Shown here: positions 49,025 to 59,364 of the stretch, piece by piece
Numbering within the stretch: the stretch's first letter is position 1
Layout of the letters: each line of letters opens with the position of its first letter
Assembly: GCA_002269645.1 (NCBI GenBank)
Contig: NIVC01000990.1
Location: forward strand, 62,001 to 126,000
Source of the DNA: Macrostomum lignano
Lineage: Eukaryota
DNA length: 64,000 nucleotides
Reading direction: 5' to 3'
Notes under the pieces: generated by a model
Seen by the model: only the letters and a program-made list of their open reading frames with translations
What the model was told of the DNA's origin: nothing
Database searches by the model: none
Program-made: the position numbers and the translations under genes

Positions 49025-51376
49025 CTAGTCCTGGTCCTGCTCGTCAGGCAGATTAGCGATCTGGAACTGCACCGCCGCTGCTCGGCTGAGGGTGTCTGGC
49101 ACGATGTTCTCCTTGCCGGGCCGGTACAGGATTTCCAGGGGGAACTCCTGAATGAGCTGTAGCCAACGTGCCAGCCGACCGGTTGGCTCCTTCGCGTTGA
49201 GCAGCCCAGTGATCGGCTTGTGGTCAGTGAACACCTGGATCTTGCAGCTGTTGCTCAGGTACATGCGGAACTGCTTGAGGCTCCAAACAATCGCGAGCAG
49301 CTCCCGGTCCGTGGTGCTGTAGTTGCGCTCTGCCTTGCTCAGCGTCCGGGAAGCGTAGGCCACTGGCAGCTCCTGGCCGTCGCGCTCCTGGCTGAGCACC
49401 GCACCCAAGGCCACAGCACTGCTGTCACAGCTGATGACGATAGGCCGGCTGAAGTCGGGCAGCTGGAGCACCGGGGCCTGGGTCAGCGCGTCCTTCAACT
49501 TTTTCAGCACCGCAGCATGCTCTGACGTCCACACGAAGCCGCCGCCCGCGCCTTTCTGAGCCAGGTGATGCAGCGGTTTGGCAATGTCAGAGAAGTTGGG
49601 CACGAACCTGCGGTAGAAGCTGAGCATGCCGATGATGCGTCGAACATCCTCCTCAGACTGCGGCTCCGGCATCCGCCTGATCGCCTCGACCTTCTCCGCG
49701 GCAGGTGCGATGCCGCTCTCAGAGACTTGGTGACCCAGGTACGTGACGCTCCGGTAGGCAAAGAAGCTCTTGTCTGGGTTCAGCTTCAGCTTGGCAGACC
49801 GCAGTCGATGCAGCACCTTGGACAGTGACTGAACGTGGTTCTCAAAGTCTCTGTTGAAGATGATCAGATCATCAATGTACGCGATGACCTCCTCCCAGCT
49901 CAGGCCGGTCATGATGAGCTCCATCATTCGCTGGTACGTCGCAGGCGCGTTGCACATGCCGAATCCCATTTTGCGGAATTGCATCAGGCCGCTCGGAGTG
50001 TAGAACGCTGTCAACGGCCGATCCTCCTCTCTGACCTCCACCTGAAGGAAGCCTTGGCGCATGTCGATCGTAGAGAACCATGAGCAGCCAGCCAAGGAGT
50101 CGAGCGCTTGGTGCAAATGCGGCAGCGGGTGGGCGTCCTTCACTGTGAGGTTGTTCAGCGCCCGCCAGTCTACACAGACTCGGATGTCATTATTCTTCTT
50201 TCTGACGATTATCAGGTTGCTCGCCCACGGGCTGGTGGAGGGCTCGATGACGCCGTGTTGTCGCATCTGCTCCAGCTTCTCGTCCACTTGCCTCCTGAAG
50301 GCGTGAGGCACCCGCCGAGGCCGTTGGCGAATCGGGCGAGCGCCGTCGTCCAGCTCAATCTTGTGCTGCGCTGCGCTGCTCGTACCAACGTCGAACTCAT
50401 GGACTGAGACCACGTCGGCAAATGCCCTCAGCAGCATTGCTAAACGGTTGCTGTCCTCCTCCGGCAGCTCCGGATTGATGTTGAACTGGTCTGCGGGGCC
50501 TCGCCACTCGTGCACGTCCTCGTCCTCGTCGATAACCTCCGCGCTCTCGAAGGTGCCGATGCTCTGGTTGGAGAACAGCGTGACCGGGCTGCAGCTGAGG
50601 TTGCACACTTGAACCGGAATCTTGCCGCTCTCTGAAGACACCGCGAACACGCGGCCGGGCAGCACTCCGATTCTGTCGATGAACTCCTGTGACGGCTCGA
50701 AGATGCCATGTGCCTGCTTGGTCTCGGTCGTCACGTCCACCACTTTAACTGACCTTGGCGGTACCACGACGGCGTCCTGAACTCTGGCGATGATCACTGT
50801 GGGTACCAAGCAACAAGACAGCGGGCCATCTTGCTTGGAATCGCAGTTACTGAACGGAACCGCCTCACCATCGAATGCGACTGTCTTGGCACCCTGGTCG
50901 ATGCTGAACTGCGATCTGGCCGCCTTGCTCACGAAATCCATCCCCAGGATGAAGTTTGGGCGAATCCCTCTGACCACCAGCACGTCCATTTGTCTGCGCA
51001 GCTGATGACTGAGTCGCACCGTAATGCTCACGCTTCCTAACAGCTCGAGAACGGAGCCGTCCACGGACACAGGCCTGACATCTGCCGGCTTCAGCTCGCA
51101 GCGACCGTCCAGCTCTCTCAAAGCAACGTCGCTGATCAGCGAGGTCTGCGCTCCGGTGTCCAGCAGCCAGCGGCACGGCTTGCCGTTTGCCTCTCCAGGT
51201 ATAAAAATAGCATGAAGCACGGGATTGCTCCTTGGGGTTGGTGTGGGTCCCGCACCCGTTGCACCAACCCTTAAAGGTTTCCCGGAGCCTTCGATGGGCA
51301 GACAGAGGCCTTGTGCCCCCGCCCAGAGCACTTGTGGCAGATGATCGGACCCGGCTGTTTCTCTCGCTGCTGACAT
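49025..51376 (-). CDS. Gypsy pol: aspartic protease, RT, RNase H (entered by -1 frameshift near 51283)
   Basis: LLDTGAQTSLI; IDMRQGF..YIDD; DSS..E..TDHKP. Ends at TAG 49025-49027. Confidence 0.96.
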   Translation of the reverse strand: MSAARETAGSDHLPQVLWAGAQGLCLPIEGSGKPLRVGATGAGPTPTPRSNPVLHAIFIPGEANGKPCRWLLDTGAQTSLISDVALRELDGRCELKPADVRPVSVDGSVLELLGSVSITVRLSHQLRRQMDVLVVRGIRPNFILGMDFVSKAARSQFSIDQGAKTVAFDGEAVPFSNCDSKQDGPLSCCLVPTVIIARVQDAVVVPPRSVKVVDVTTETKQAHGIFEPSQEFIDRIGVLPGRVFAVSSESGKIPVQVCNLSCSPVTLFSNQSIGTFESAEVIDEDEDVHEWRGPADQFNINPELPEEDSNRLAMLLRAFADVVSVHEFDVGTSSAAQHKIELDDGARPIRQRPRRVPHAFRRQVDEKLEQMRQHGVIEPSTSPWASNLIIVRKKNNDIRVCVDWRALNNLTVKDAHPLPHLHQALDSLAGCSWFSTIDMRQGFLQVEVREEDRPLTAFYTPSGLMQFRKMGFGMCNAPATYQRMMELIMTGLSWEEVIAYIDDLIIFNRDFENHVQSLSKVLHRLRSAKLKLNPDKSFFAYRSVTYLGHQVSESGIAPAAEKVEAIRRMPEPQSEEDVRRIIGMLSFYRRFVPNFSDIAKPLHHLAQKGAGGGFVWTSEHAAVLKKLKDALTQAPVLQLPDFSRPIVISCDSSAVALGAVLSQERDGQELPVAYASRTLSKAERNYSTTDRELLAIVWSLKQFRMYLSNSCKIQVFTDHKPITGLLNAKEPTGRLARWLQLIQEFPLEILYRPGKENIVPDTLSRAAAVQFQIANLPDEQDQD

Positions 51377-52092
51377 TGCGCTGCACGGTGTCCGAGCTGG
51401 CCGCAGTTGAAGCAGCCGCCTCCTCGCTGTTGACGGCGACGCCGAGTGTCGGTACCCGACTGTACGCTGACCCTCGCGATGAGCTCCTCCATGCGTTTCT
51501 CCAGTCGGTCCAGGCGGTCCTCGCTTGGTTCTGCCGATGATGTAGCGCTGACGGCTCCGACTGCCGCCACCGACTGTCGCCCAGCCAGCTCCTCCAGCCG
51601 AGCCGCCCGCTGCAGCAGAGTCTCCAGGCTGCAGGTCTCTGCGTCCTCTGCCTTAAGCAGGTTGTCACGAATGTCGGCCTTGAGCAGCTGCAGAAGCTTG
51701 AAGCGCACATCTCGGTCTCGCTGAGCAATTGAGTCCTCCGGTCTGGCTTTCTGGTGTAGCAGCTTCAGGTTAAAGCAGAGCTCACGCAGTGTCTCGGCAT
51801 CTCCACGTTTTTTCGCGTAGAAGTCGCTCATGGCCTTAAAGCTGTGGGCTTCGCCTCCATAAAACTTTGTGAGGTCCTCCTTTATACTTTTAAAACTCTT
51901 TTGTCTTGTCTCGGCCAGGTCCCAGACGACCAGTTGGGCTTCTCCCGTGAGCAGCAGCTTCACCTTCGACGCTGAGGTCGCGTCGTCCCATTTCGCATCG
52001 TTGGCGAATTCCTCAAAGATGCGCAGCCACTTTCTCACGTCAGTGCCGTCTGTTCCACTGAACTTTGGCGGTAGAAGGGTGTTCTGGGCCAT
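51271..52092 (-). CDS. Gypsy gag (273 aa) with two CCHC zinc knuckles
   Basis: MAQNTLLPPKFSG..WLRIFE; CFNCGQLGHRAAQC and CHKCSGRGHKASVC. Confidence 0.95.
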   Translation of the reverse strand: MAQNTLLPPKFSGTDGTDVRKWLRIFEEFANDAKWDDATSASKVKLLLTGEAQLVVWDLAETRQKSFKSIKEDLTKFYGGEAHSFKAMSDFYAKKRGDAETLRELCFNLKLLHQKARPEDSIAQRDRDVRFKLLQLLKADIRDNLLKAEDAETCSLETLLQRAARLEELAGRQSVAAVGAVSATSSAEPSEDRLDRLEKRMEELIARVSVQSGTDTRRRRQQRGGGCFNCGQLGHRAAQCQQREKQPGPIICHKCSGRGHKASVCPSKAPGNL

Positions 52093-52114
52093 GAGTGCAC
52101 TTGCACTGGGTTCT

Positions 52115-52125
52115 CGCTGCCACCA
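52115..52125 (-). other. primer-binding site TGGTGGCAGCG (complementary to tRNA-Leu 3' end)
   Basis: 1 nt from the 5' LTR. Matches the ...CGCTGCCA-CCA end of eukaryotic tRNA-Leu(AAG/TAG). Confidence 0.85.
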
Positions 52126-52126
52126 A

Positions 52127-52335
52127 TGTAAGAGCCGAGAATTTAGAGTAAGTTTACGAAGTATATTTTGATGCAAGATAATTTACGAGCGATTAAATAG
52201 TCAGCGATGATAGATCGATTAAAGTGACTCACCCAACTGGGGTGGTGGGCATGTACAGAGAAGAAAGCGGGATGCAAGTACATATACTAATAGAGCAGCC
52301 CCCACCCCGACGGCCCAAACCAAACGCAACCTACA
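52127..52335 (-). repeat. 5' LTR
   Basis: TG...CA, flanked by TSD GTAC. Confidence 0.97.
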
Positions 52336-54229
52336 GTACAATTAAAAAATTGCTGGTGTCATTTATTTGTCAACTGAAATAAATAGGCCTACCTTATAAA
52401 TAGTTGACTATTTATTTACCTAATATTTGCCTTGCCTTATATTTTTTTATTTTCATAATGAGTTTCAACTAACTAAAGCTGATAGATGGCCCATTCCATA
52501 TAAGATGGACATATTTAGAAAATAGAAAAAAGTCAATATTTTTGCTTGTCATTGCCTTATCAGCCAATTTTTTACCAAATCTTTTTTGTATGTAATGTAT
52601 ATAATCTAAGAATAAATAAATGATAAAATGTTGGATTAGTATGTTATCAATTGGCAAAAAGTTGTTTTTGTAAAAAATTGGACATTTTCTAAGCAAAAGA
52701 CATCATTAAGTTTGTGTACCTTTTAAAAACAAATAGAAAGCTTTGGAAAGTTGAAACAAACTATAGATAAAAGTATAGTACTTGGATCATCAGATAAAAG
52801 TATTGGTGACCAAATAATCTATTATATTTTTAATATATTGGTACCTCAAAGTTACTGAATTGACAGAAAAAAATATGTTACGACCATAATGTTAGGACCA
52901 TAAGGCTGCCTTTTCTTTTGTATCTTTGTTGCCTTTTTGAGTTTATATATTTTACAAAAAGAGTATGATTACTGAAGATGTTCTTAGTCAAATTTTAAAG
53001 AATGTATTGCAAAATATCAAAAATAAAAAATGTTATTACACTTTTACCTTTTAGTTTCTATATGTCAAAAATCCTGTTGTTACAACCATAAATGCCATTC
53101 AAGGTTTAATAGCATCTATACTAATGATGATATCTATATGAAACTTTATAAACATATTCTTGACAAAATAATCTTTCATTTTATAAGTAAAAATAGTCTC
53201 TCATGTTACGACCATAATTATATGGAATGGCCCACATGAGTTTAGGTATGATTAAAATATGTTATAGCTAGGGATTGACTATGATTTCTGCATGCATGAC
53301 TAGAATAATACCATGTACTAAAAATAGAACTATTAGTATTAATAACTACTGAGTTTAATAATTTTTAAGCTTTGTTTTTATCATTTTTATTGTTTCAATA
53401 TATTTTATTATATGGCTTTGTTACATCTATGTTAATTTATTGCAATTTTGGTTTGCTTTGACTGTGCTATAACAGAAAAAAGTAAGGTTTTATTCATAGA
53501 ATTCATAAATTGTGATTGGCAAAAGACTGGGCATGATTTTTTCCTTAAGATCATGGTTTTCGTGATTATGATCATGATCAGAATCAATCCTTAGTTGTAG
53601 CATAGCATTTTTATTTGCTTATATTATCAATAATGCAAAGTACCAAAGTACAAAAGTACAAAAGGTGTTTCAAAAGAAATGAACAAGAATATGACTTATT
53701 TGCTTTCAAAAAGATAGATTAATGGTAATGGTTAAATATAATTATACTATAGCTATAAGTACTACACAGTATATAAGACTAGTATTTATTTTAGTTACCA
53801 TATAAATAACAATAGTATTATTTACAAATTACAATGCAAATAATGAGTATCTTTTAAATAACTCTAAAAGCTTTTAGAGTTCATAAAGTTCCGAAATTAC
53901 AAAAAAATTGTTTTGCCAATATAGGCCTACTAGCCTATAAAACAGGTTTAACAAATCTAAAAACTTTATAAAAAAACTGGAATAATGACACTATTTTACT
54001 AGACAATAAAATTAACAAAGTTCTAATCTAATAATAGTATTGATTGAAATTAAATGAAAAACTTTGAAATTCGATACTTTCAAAACTTTTATTCTTAAAT
54101 TTTTTATCAAAATCAAAATTTGCATTTAAAACTTGGAAAATTGGATTCAAAATTGGAAATTTGAAAAATAAAAATTAAAAATTTGGAATATCTCGACTCT
54201 AGGTCTAAATTTTGGAATACTTTAGCTAG

Positions 54230-54690
54230 CAAGCATCCCCCAATAGCAAATAACCCTAGATAGAAAGCATCCCTAGATAGCAAGAATCCCTATATAGCAA
54301 GCATAGGGCCTACCTAGATAAAAAGAATCATTATAAATAGCCAGCAATCCCTTTTTAGATACCAAGTACCCTCCACCTCCCAAGAGCAAGCATTTCCCAG
54401 ATAGTATGCATCCTTCCAATAGCAAGCATTTCCTAATAGCAAGTAGGCCTATGCCTATCTATTAGAAGACAAGTAGCTAATGCAACAATTGCCTTAGCTT
54501 TAGAGTGGCTCCATTTTTTTACCTGATGCATTTTTTATATTCTACATAATGTTCTTTTTTTGTTTTACAGAGTGCTTATTTTATGTTTGATATTGTGGCT
54601 CCTTTATGTTTGGCATTGTTGCTTTTTTTACATTTCAAATAAGTGTCTCTTTTATGTTTGAAATGGTAGTTCTTTTATGTTTGATATATA
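54230..54690. repeat. degenerate paralog of the 18-bp and 23-bp arrays of 44040-46670 (resumes at 57520-57660)
   Basis: AGCAAGCATCC and TTTATGTTTGA..GTGGCTC units joined by the same linker (GTAGCTA.TGC.ACAATT.CCTTAGCT.TA.AGTGGCTCC). Confidence 0.75.
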
Positions 54691-54816
54691 TACATGCACA
54701 ATTTCCAAAATTTGGTCGGCCATGCAACTTAGTTTTAACAAAAATGCGACATCATTTTTGGTCAAAAATGCGACTTACATGTAAAAAAAACCCTAAAGCA
54801 AAATTAATGCAACTTT

Positions 54817-54878
54817 GGGTAAACGGCTGGAACCTATGACTGTCTTATTAGGGCAAAATGCCTTGTCAGCTACTTAGT
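54817..54878 (+). pseudogene. 28S rRNA-derived fragment (H69-H71), copy 1, more diverged
   Basis: GGGTAAACGGCTGGAACCTATGACTGTCTTATTAGGGCAAAATGCCTTGTCAGCTACTTAGT aligns with copy 2 and with the recalled 28S consensus. Confidence 0.7.
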
Positions 54879-54977
54879 ACTACTTGGGTATTAATTTGGG
54901 TAGGCATTTTTGCGACTTACTTTGGTTGGCCGCCAAATCGGTCAGCTGGATTGGCCGACTTGGCCAACTGTTGCGCA

Positions 54978-55826
54978 TAGGGGGCGACCCAGTCCCGGGC
55001 CCGAAAAGTCGGGAATCCCAACCAAAATTGTGGCCCGACCCAGGCCCAGGCCCGACCCTAAAAAAGTCGGGAAATTGGGACAAGTCTTTTTTCCTTAAAG
55101 GCACTAACTGCGTGCGAATAAGAATAAAATTATTTTTCAACACATTCACACTAATTTACCTTTAATTCTAACCCCAGGAAAAGCTATGTAAAGGAACTAA
55201 AAATTCAAATAAAAGAATCAATCAACTGATTTGGTTCTTACTTCCTTACTGCTTCCAATGCCAAGTGCCTTACACTTAATGCTTTAGCTTTTTTTCTTTT
55301 TGCTTACTGCCAGTGCCAGCCGCACTGCCGCAGTGCCTGCTTGCCTACCTCACTGCCTGTTAGTGTCACTGTCACTGGCACACACACAGTACTTGTGCCA
55401 CACAGTGACATTGAATTTGAACTATTGAGTATATTGATATTTGTCATATTTGAGTATTAAGTCTTTTAATGTAACTCTTATGTATTCTGAAGTCTTAACT
55501 AATGTATTAAATAATATAAAATATATAAAATATATTATATGTATTATTTATATATTATAATATATTTCATATATTTATATATTATAATATATTTAATGTT
55601 TATCATATATTTATTATACATTTAATATATTATATTAGATTTAAAATATTCATATATTTATTATATATTTAATAGTAATCCGCATATGCTAAAAGTATTA
55701 AGATTTATTATGATTTTTTTCCAATTATTGAGCTGTCCTAAAGATCTTGTCCCGAATTCCCGAGGCCCAACCCGGGCCTGAGTCCTCATTCCCAGGCCCA
55801 ACTTTGGCCGTCCCGGTTGCCCCCTA
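54978..55826. mobile_element. non-autonomous hAT-type element (849 bp)
   Basis: TIRs TAGGGGGCGACC / GGTTGCCCCCTA. 8-bp TSD GTTGCGCA at 54970-54977 and 55827-55834. Confidence 0.92.
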
Positions 55827-55835
55827 GTTGCGCAT

Positions 55836-57508
55836 GTGGGCTTCTTGAAGTTTATGTTGATAAAATAGCTGCAATTTTGATAGGATCATAATTCCATCCC
55901 TAAAGGGTTTTTGATGGTGCTGATTTCAAATTTGAGCTCCATTTTTTGGTAGCTTTAACCTAATTATATGTAGCTTAAAGCCAACCACCGGGGCATGGGG
56001 AATAGGGGGGGGGGTTTAGGGTGGGGAGATTTTTCATGAGGATTGATTTTATCAACATAAACTTCAATAGAGGCATGGAGACCTATTGAAGGTTATGTTG
56101 ATTTATTCCAATCCTAATAGGGGGGGGGGGGTTGTAGCTTAAAGCCAACCACTGGGGCATAGGGAATAGGGGGTTTCAGGGTGGGGAGATTGAGTAAATT
56201 GTGATTGCATCAACCATACAGGTAACTTTCTGCTGTTTTTTTACATTTGTACTAGGGTTGTTTCCTGTGCACTGAGAATCCCACTAAATGCCACCAAACC
56301 CTATTGCAGCGCATGGCTTAAGTATGCCAGACGCCTACACAACCTGCGCCACGCTGTGAAATGACTTACCTGTGAAAGAAACCCTAAAGCAAAATTAACG
56401 CAGTTTTGGGTAAACGGCAGGAGTAACTATGACTGTCTTATCAAGCCTAAATGCCTCGGCATCTAATTAGTACTACGCCCGTATTCTATGGGGTGGCATT
56501 TTTGCGACTTACCCCTGGTCTACCACCAATGCTGCGCCATGCAGGCTGATCCGCGCCGGACGCCGTCCGCCAAAATGCCCATGCGCTGCAATCAGGCCAC
56601 CAAAGTTGTACTAGGGGTTAACTTCTGTCCCTACAAATGATTCCATAGCTGTCACTAAAGTTGTCGTAGTGGTATTCCCGTATGATACAAAATCTCGCTG
56701 CTGTTACCAAAGTTGTTACAGGCCTTTTGGCTCTCTATGCCACCAAAGTTGTAATAAAGCTATTTCTCCTTAACAATTCTACTGGTTATTAATTGTCTTT
56801 CTACTGGTAGCGCATGTACTTCTATTGGTAGCATATACTTTTATTGTACTTTCTGGCCTGAGCGGACTAATAGCACTGTCTATTCTATTCCTATACTTCC
56901 CCCTAAAGATATTATTCTCTTAGTCCTGGCGTTCCCGGGATCAGAGGGTCACAGCTTATGCTCCTTTTTCTGCCCTGAGGCGATCTTCTCTCGTTATGAG
57001 GCGGTTCTCCTGCCCTGAGGCGAATTTACTATAACTGCCCTGAGGCGGTTTCTTGCTTGTAGCAGTTCTTTTGGTAATACTCCCAATTTGGGGTTTTATA
57101 CTGTCAAAATGAGTAAGTTGAGTAAAAATGCTTTGGAATATTTATCAAGTGAACTAATTGTCACTGTCTTGCCTGAGCATGCAGGAAGGAGAGTTTATCC
57201 TCTTGGCCCATTCTGGGCTCCTATTTATACCGTTTTGCCTATGTATTAAAAACAAAATTGGTTTCGTACAATATTAATTGCGTTCACAACATTAAAACAA
57301 AATTATTAGCATTTTTGCAAGAATTCAAATAATGGTCTTTCTAAGAAATAAATGTAACACAAATAGGCTTTAAAGTATTCATACTGTATTACAAGAAGCT
57401 CTTCCTCACATTTTTGAGATTTTGGGTGTCCCATAAGTGTCTACTGCAAGTTTTAGAAAAATTGGAAAATTGAAAGTATTTTATCAACATAAACTTCAAG
57501 AAGCCCAC
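55836..57508. mobile_element. TIR-bounded composite element(s), 31-bp inverted ends GTGGGCTTCTTGAAGTTTATGTTGATAAAAT
   Basis: Exact reverse complement at 57478-57508. Two partial internal copies form a hairpin near 56047-56101. No TSD resolved. Confidence 0.65.
56408..56471 (+). pseudogene. 28S rRNA-derived fragment (H69-H71, R2/I-PpoI target region), copy 2
   Basis: GGGTAAACGGCAGGAGTAACTATGACTGTCTTATCAAGCCTAAATGCCTCGGCATCTAATTAGT versus recalled metazoan GGGTAAACGGCGGGAGTAACTATGACTCTCTTAAGGTAGCCAAATGCCTCGTCATCTAATTAGT: 54/64 ungapped by manual count. Confidence 0.88.
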
Positions 57509-58609
57509 CCATATATATTGATATAGTGCCTTTTTTATGTTGACATGGTGTCTTTTTTATGTTTGACATTGTACCTTTTTTATTTTTGACATAATAGCTC
57601 TTTTATGTTTAACAAGGTGGCGTGGCTCTTTTATGTTTGACATGTGGCTCCTTTATGCTTGATATACATATAGTGCCTCTGGTAACAGTCTACTTTGGTT
57701 ATAGCCATTGGCATTATTAAAGTAATTATTGCTAAACTTAATTATCATAAAAATAAAGTGTTGATAATGATAGTCATTAAATCTGCTTTGTTGCTGAAGT
57801 GGCTGTTTACTCAAATGGCTGTTGTTAATAAAGTGGATTGTATTTGTGCCTTTTATGTTTGATATGACACTTCTTTGATATATTATAGGCTTAAAGGGTA
57901 CTTTTTGTTTAGCATTTTTAAATAAAAGGCTTTTAAATAAAAAAACTTACACTTTTTAGATTCAAACTTATATTAGGTTGCTACATTGTCATTAGCAGTC
58001 TTAAACTGTTCAAATCTAGTCTAGGTTAGCTCTTATAAAATTTATAATATAAATTAGGGCCCACAGTCTTTATAATTCAATATGCCTACTGACAAAAAAT
58101 TGGTTAGAGTAAAAGTTTTGACATAGGCCCTAATCAATTTCTCAGTCAGCGACAGACCATTTTAAGCAGTGCTGGGCAAGTTAATCAATTTTTTTAACTC
58201 GTTAAAAGTTAAAAAGTTAATTTAATTGCTCCAAAAAAATTAACTGTAACTAGTTAATTATTTAACTTTTGCCCAAAATTTAACTTCTGAAAAGTTAAAA
58301 GTTAAAGTTAATAATTCCCTTACGGAAAAAGTGACATTTTCCCGGACATGTGTTCGGCGTGTTTTTTAAATTTCAGGTCGGCGCGGCGCGGCTGTGGCCA
58401 GGTCGCGGCGCCCTGGGGAGCTTGTCAGGGAATACTCCCCTGGGAATTAGACTGGGGACCCCGGGAAGAAAAAAAGCATTTTTAACTAAATTTTTGCCAT
58501 TTAAATAAGAAAATCATTCACAGAAAGCTGATTGAAACTCTGTCTATGCTTTTTTACCGCAAAACTGCTTATTTCAATGTATTACTTCAAACACAACACA
58601 CGTTTGAAT

Positions 58610-58776
58610 GGGGGGGTTCATAAGACCGAAATTTCACAACGCCGAAACACCATACTTCACAAGACCGAAACTTCATAAGACCGAAATTTCACATCGTAGA
58701 AAACTTTACAATAAGGATTGTATTGCATGCAGAATTTTCGGCGTTGTGAAATTTCGGTCTTATGAAATTAGCGACC
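58610..58776. mobile_element. 167-bp Mutator-like MITE
   Basis: Perfect 31-bp inverted arms TTCATAAGACCGAAATTTCACAACGCCGAAA. 9-bp TSD CGTTTGAAT at 58601-58609 and 58777-58785. Confidence 0.85.
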
Positions 58777-59034
58777 CGTTTGAATGTTTTTTTCACTATG
58801 AGTCTTTCAATCAAGCAAATTGAACGTACGAGCGTAGAAACCCATCAGGAAAAAGAAGCCTTACTGACTATTGTGTTGGTCTGCGTTGACGGCTTGACAC
58901 ATTTGACGCAGTCACTGACGCATAGGGGGGTATCATACAATAACAAAATACTCCGTATTAGACAGGACAAAATGGTGATTTATTTGTATCTGCAAGAAAT
59001 TAAAATTTCGATTATAAAAACAGTCTCATTCATT

Positions 59035-59364
59035 AATTATCCTCACACGAGTGCAGCTGCTGAGTATGCATTTTCCGCCTCCGGAGTCTGGACCCTTTCT
59101 GATAAAGGTGCGCGCACGATTTGGTGATGCCATATTGTCAAATACAGTTTTAAACAAACATTGCTTAAAGTTTTTACCCTTGCGCCTTGAACATGTAGTC
59201 CATCCAAAGCTTTAATCAAAGTTTAAAAAATGCCACTTAGTGACTTATAAAGATCTAAGTTATCCGCCGTTTTTTACCTATTTTTTTCCCCGGGGTCCCC
59301 GGGGAATGACAGTAAATTCCCCGGGTCCCCGATAAGAAAATTCCCCGGGGAATCGACATCCCTA
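59035..59364 (+). pseudogene. hAT transposase C-terminal dimerisation-domain remnant and TAGGGATG-type right end
   Basis: PHTSAAAEYAFSASG..VRARFGD..L (cf. P.TS..AER.FS..G..R.RL.D) with a frameshift. Terminus ...CGACATCCCTA at 59364. Confidence 0.7.

Larger units (their letters stand above)
47313..52335 (-). mobile_element. full-length Ty3/Gypsy LTR retrotransposon (5023 bp)
   Basis: 209-bp TG...CA LTRs differing at 2 positions, 4-bp TSD GTAC (47309-47312, 52336-52339), PBS, PPT, and gag then PR-RT-RH-IN order. Confidence 0.98.

Noticed and set aside
47591-52171. Numerous + strand and alternate-frame ORFs within the Gypsy element and antisense to the NR/ENaC exons
   Set aside because: These are shadows of GC-rich coding sequence with no independent motifs.
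54793-56512. Functional rRNA gene or canonical box C/D or H/ACA snoRNA
   Set aside because: Only about 64 nt resemble 28S. The antisense stretch is much longer than a snoRNA guide, and no C/D or H/ACA boxes are conserved in both copies.
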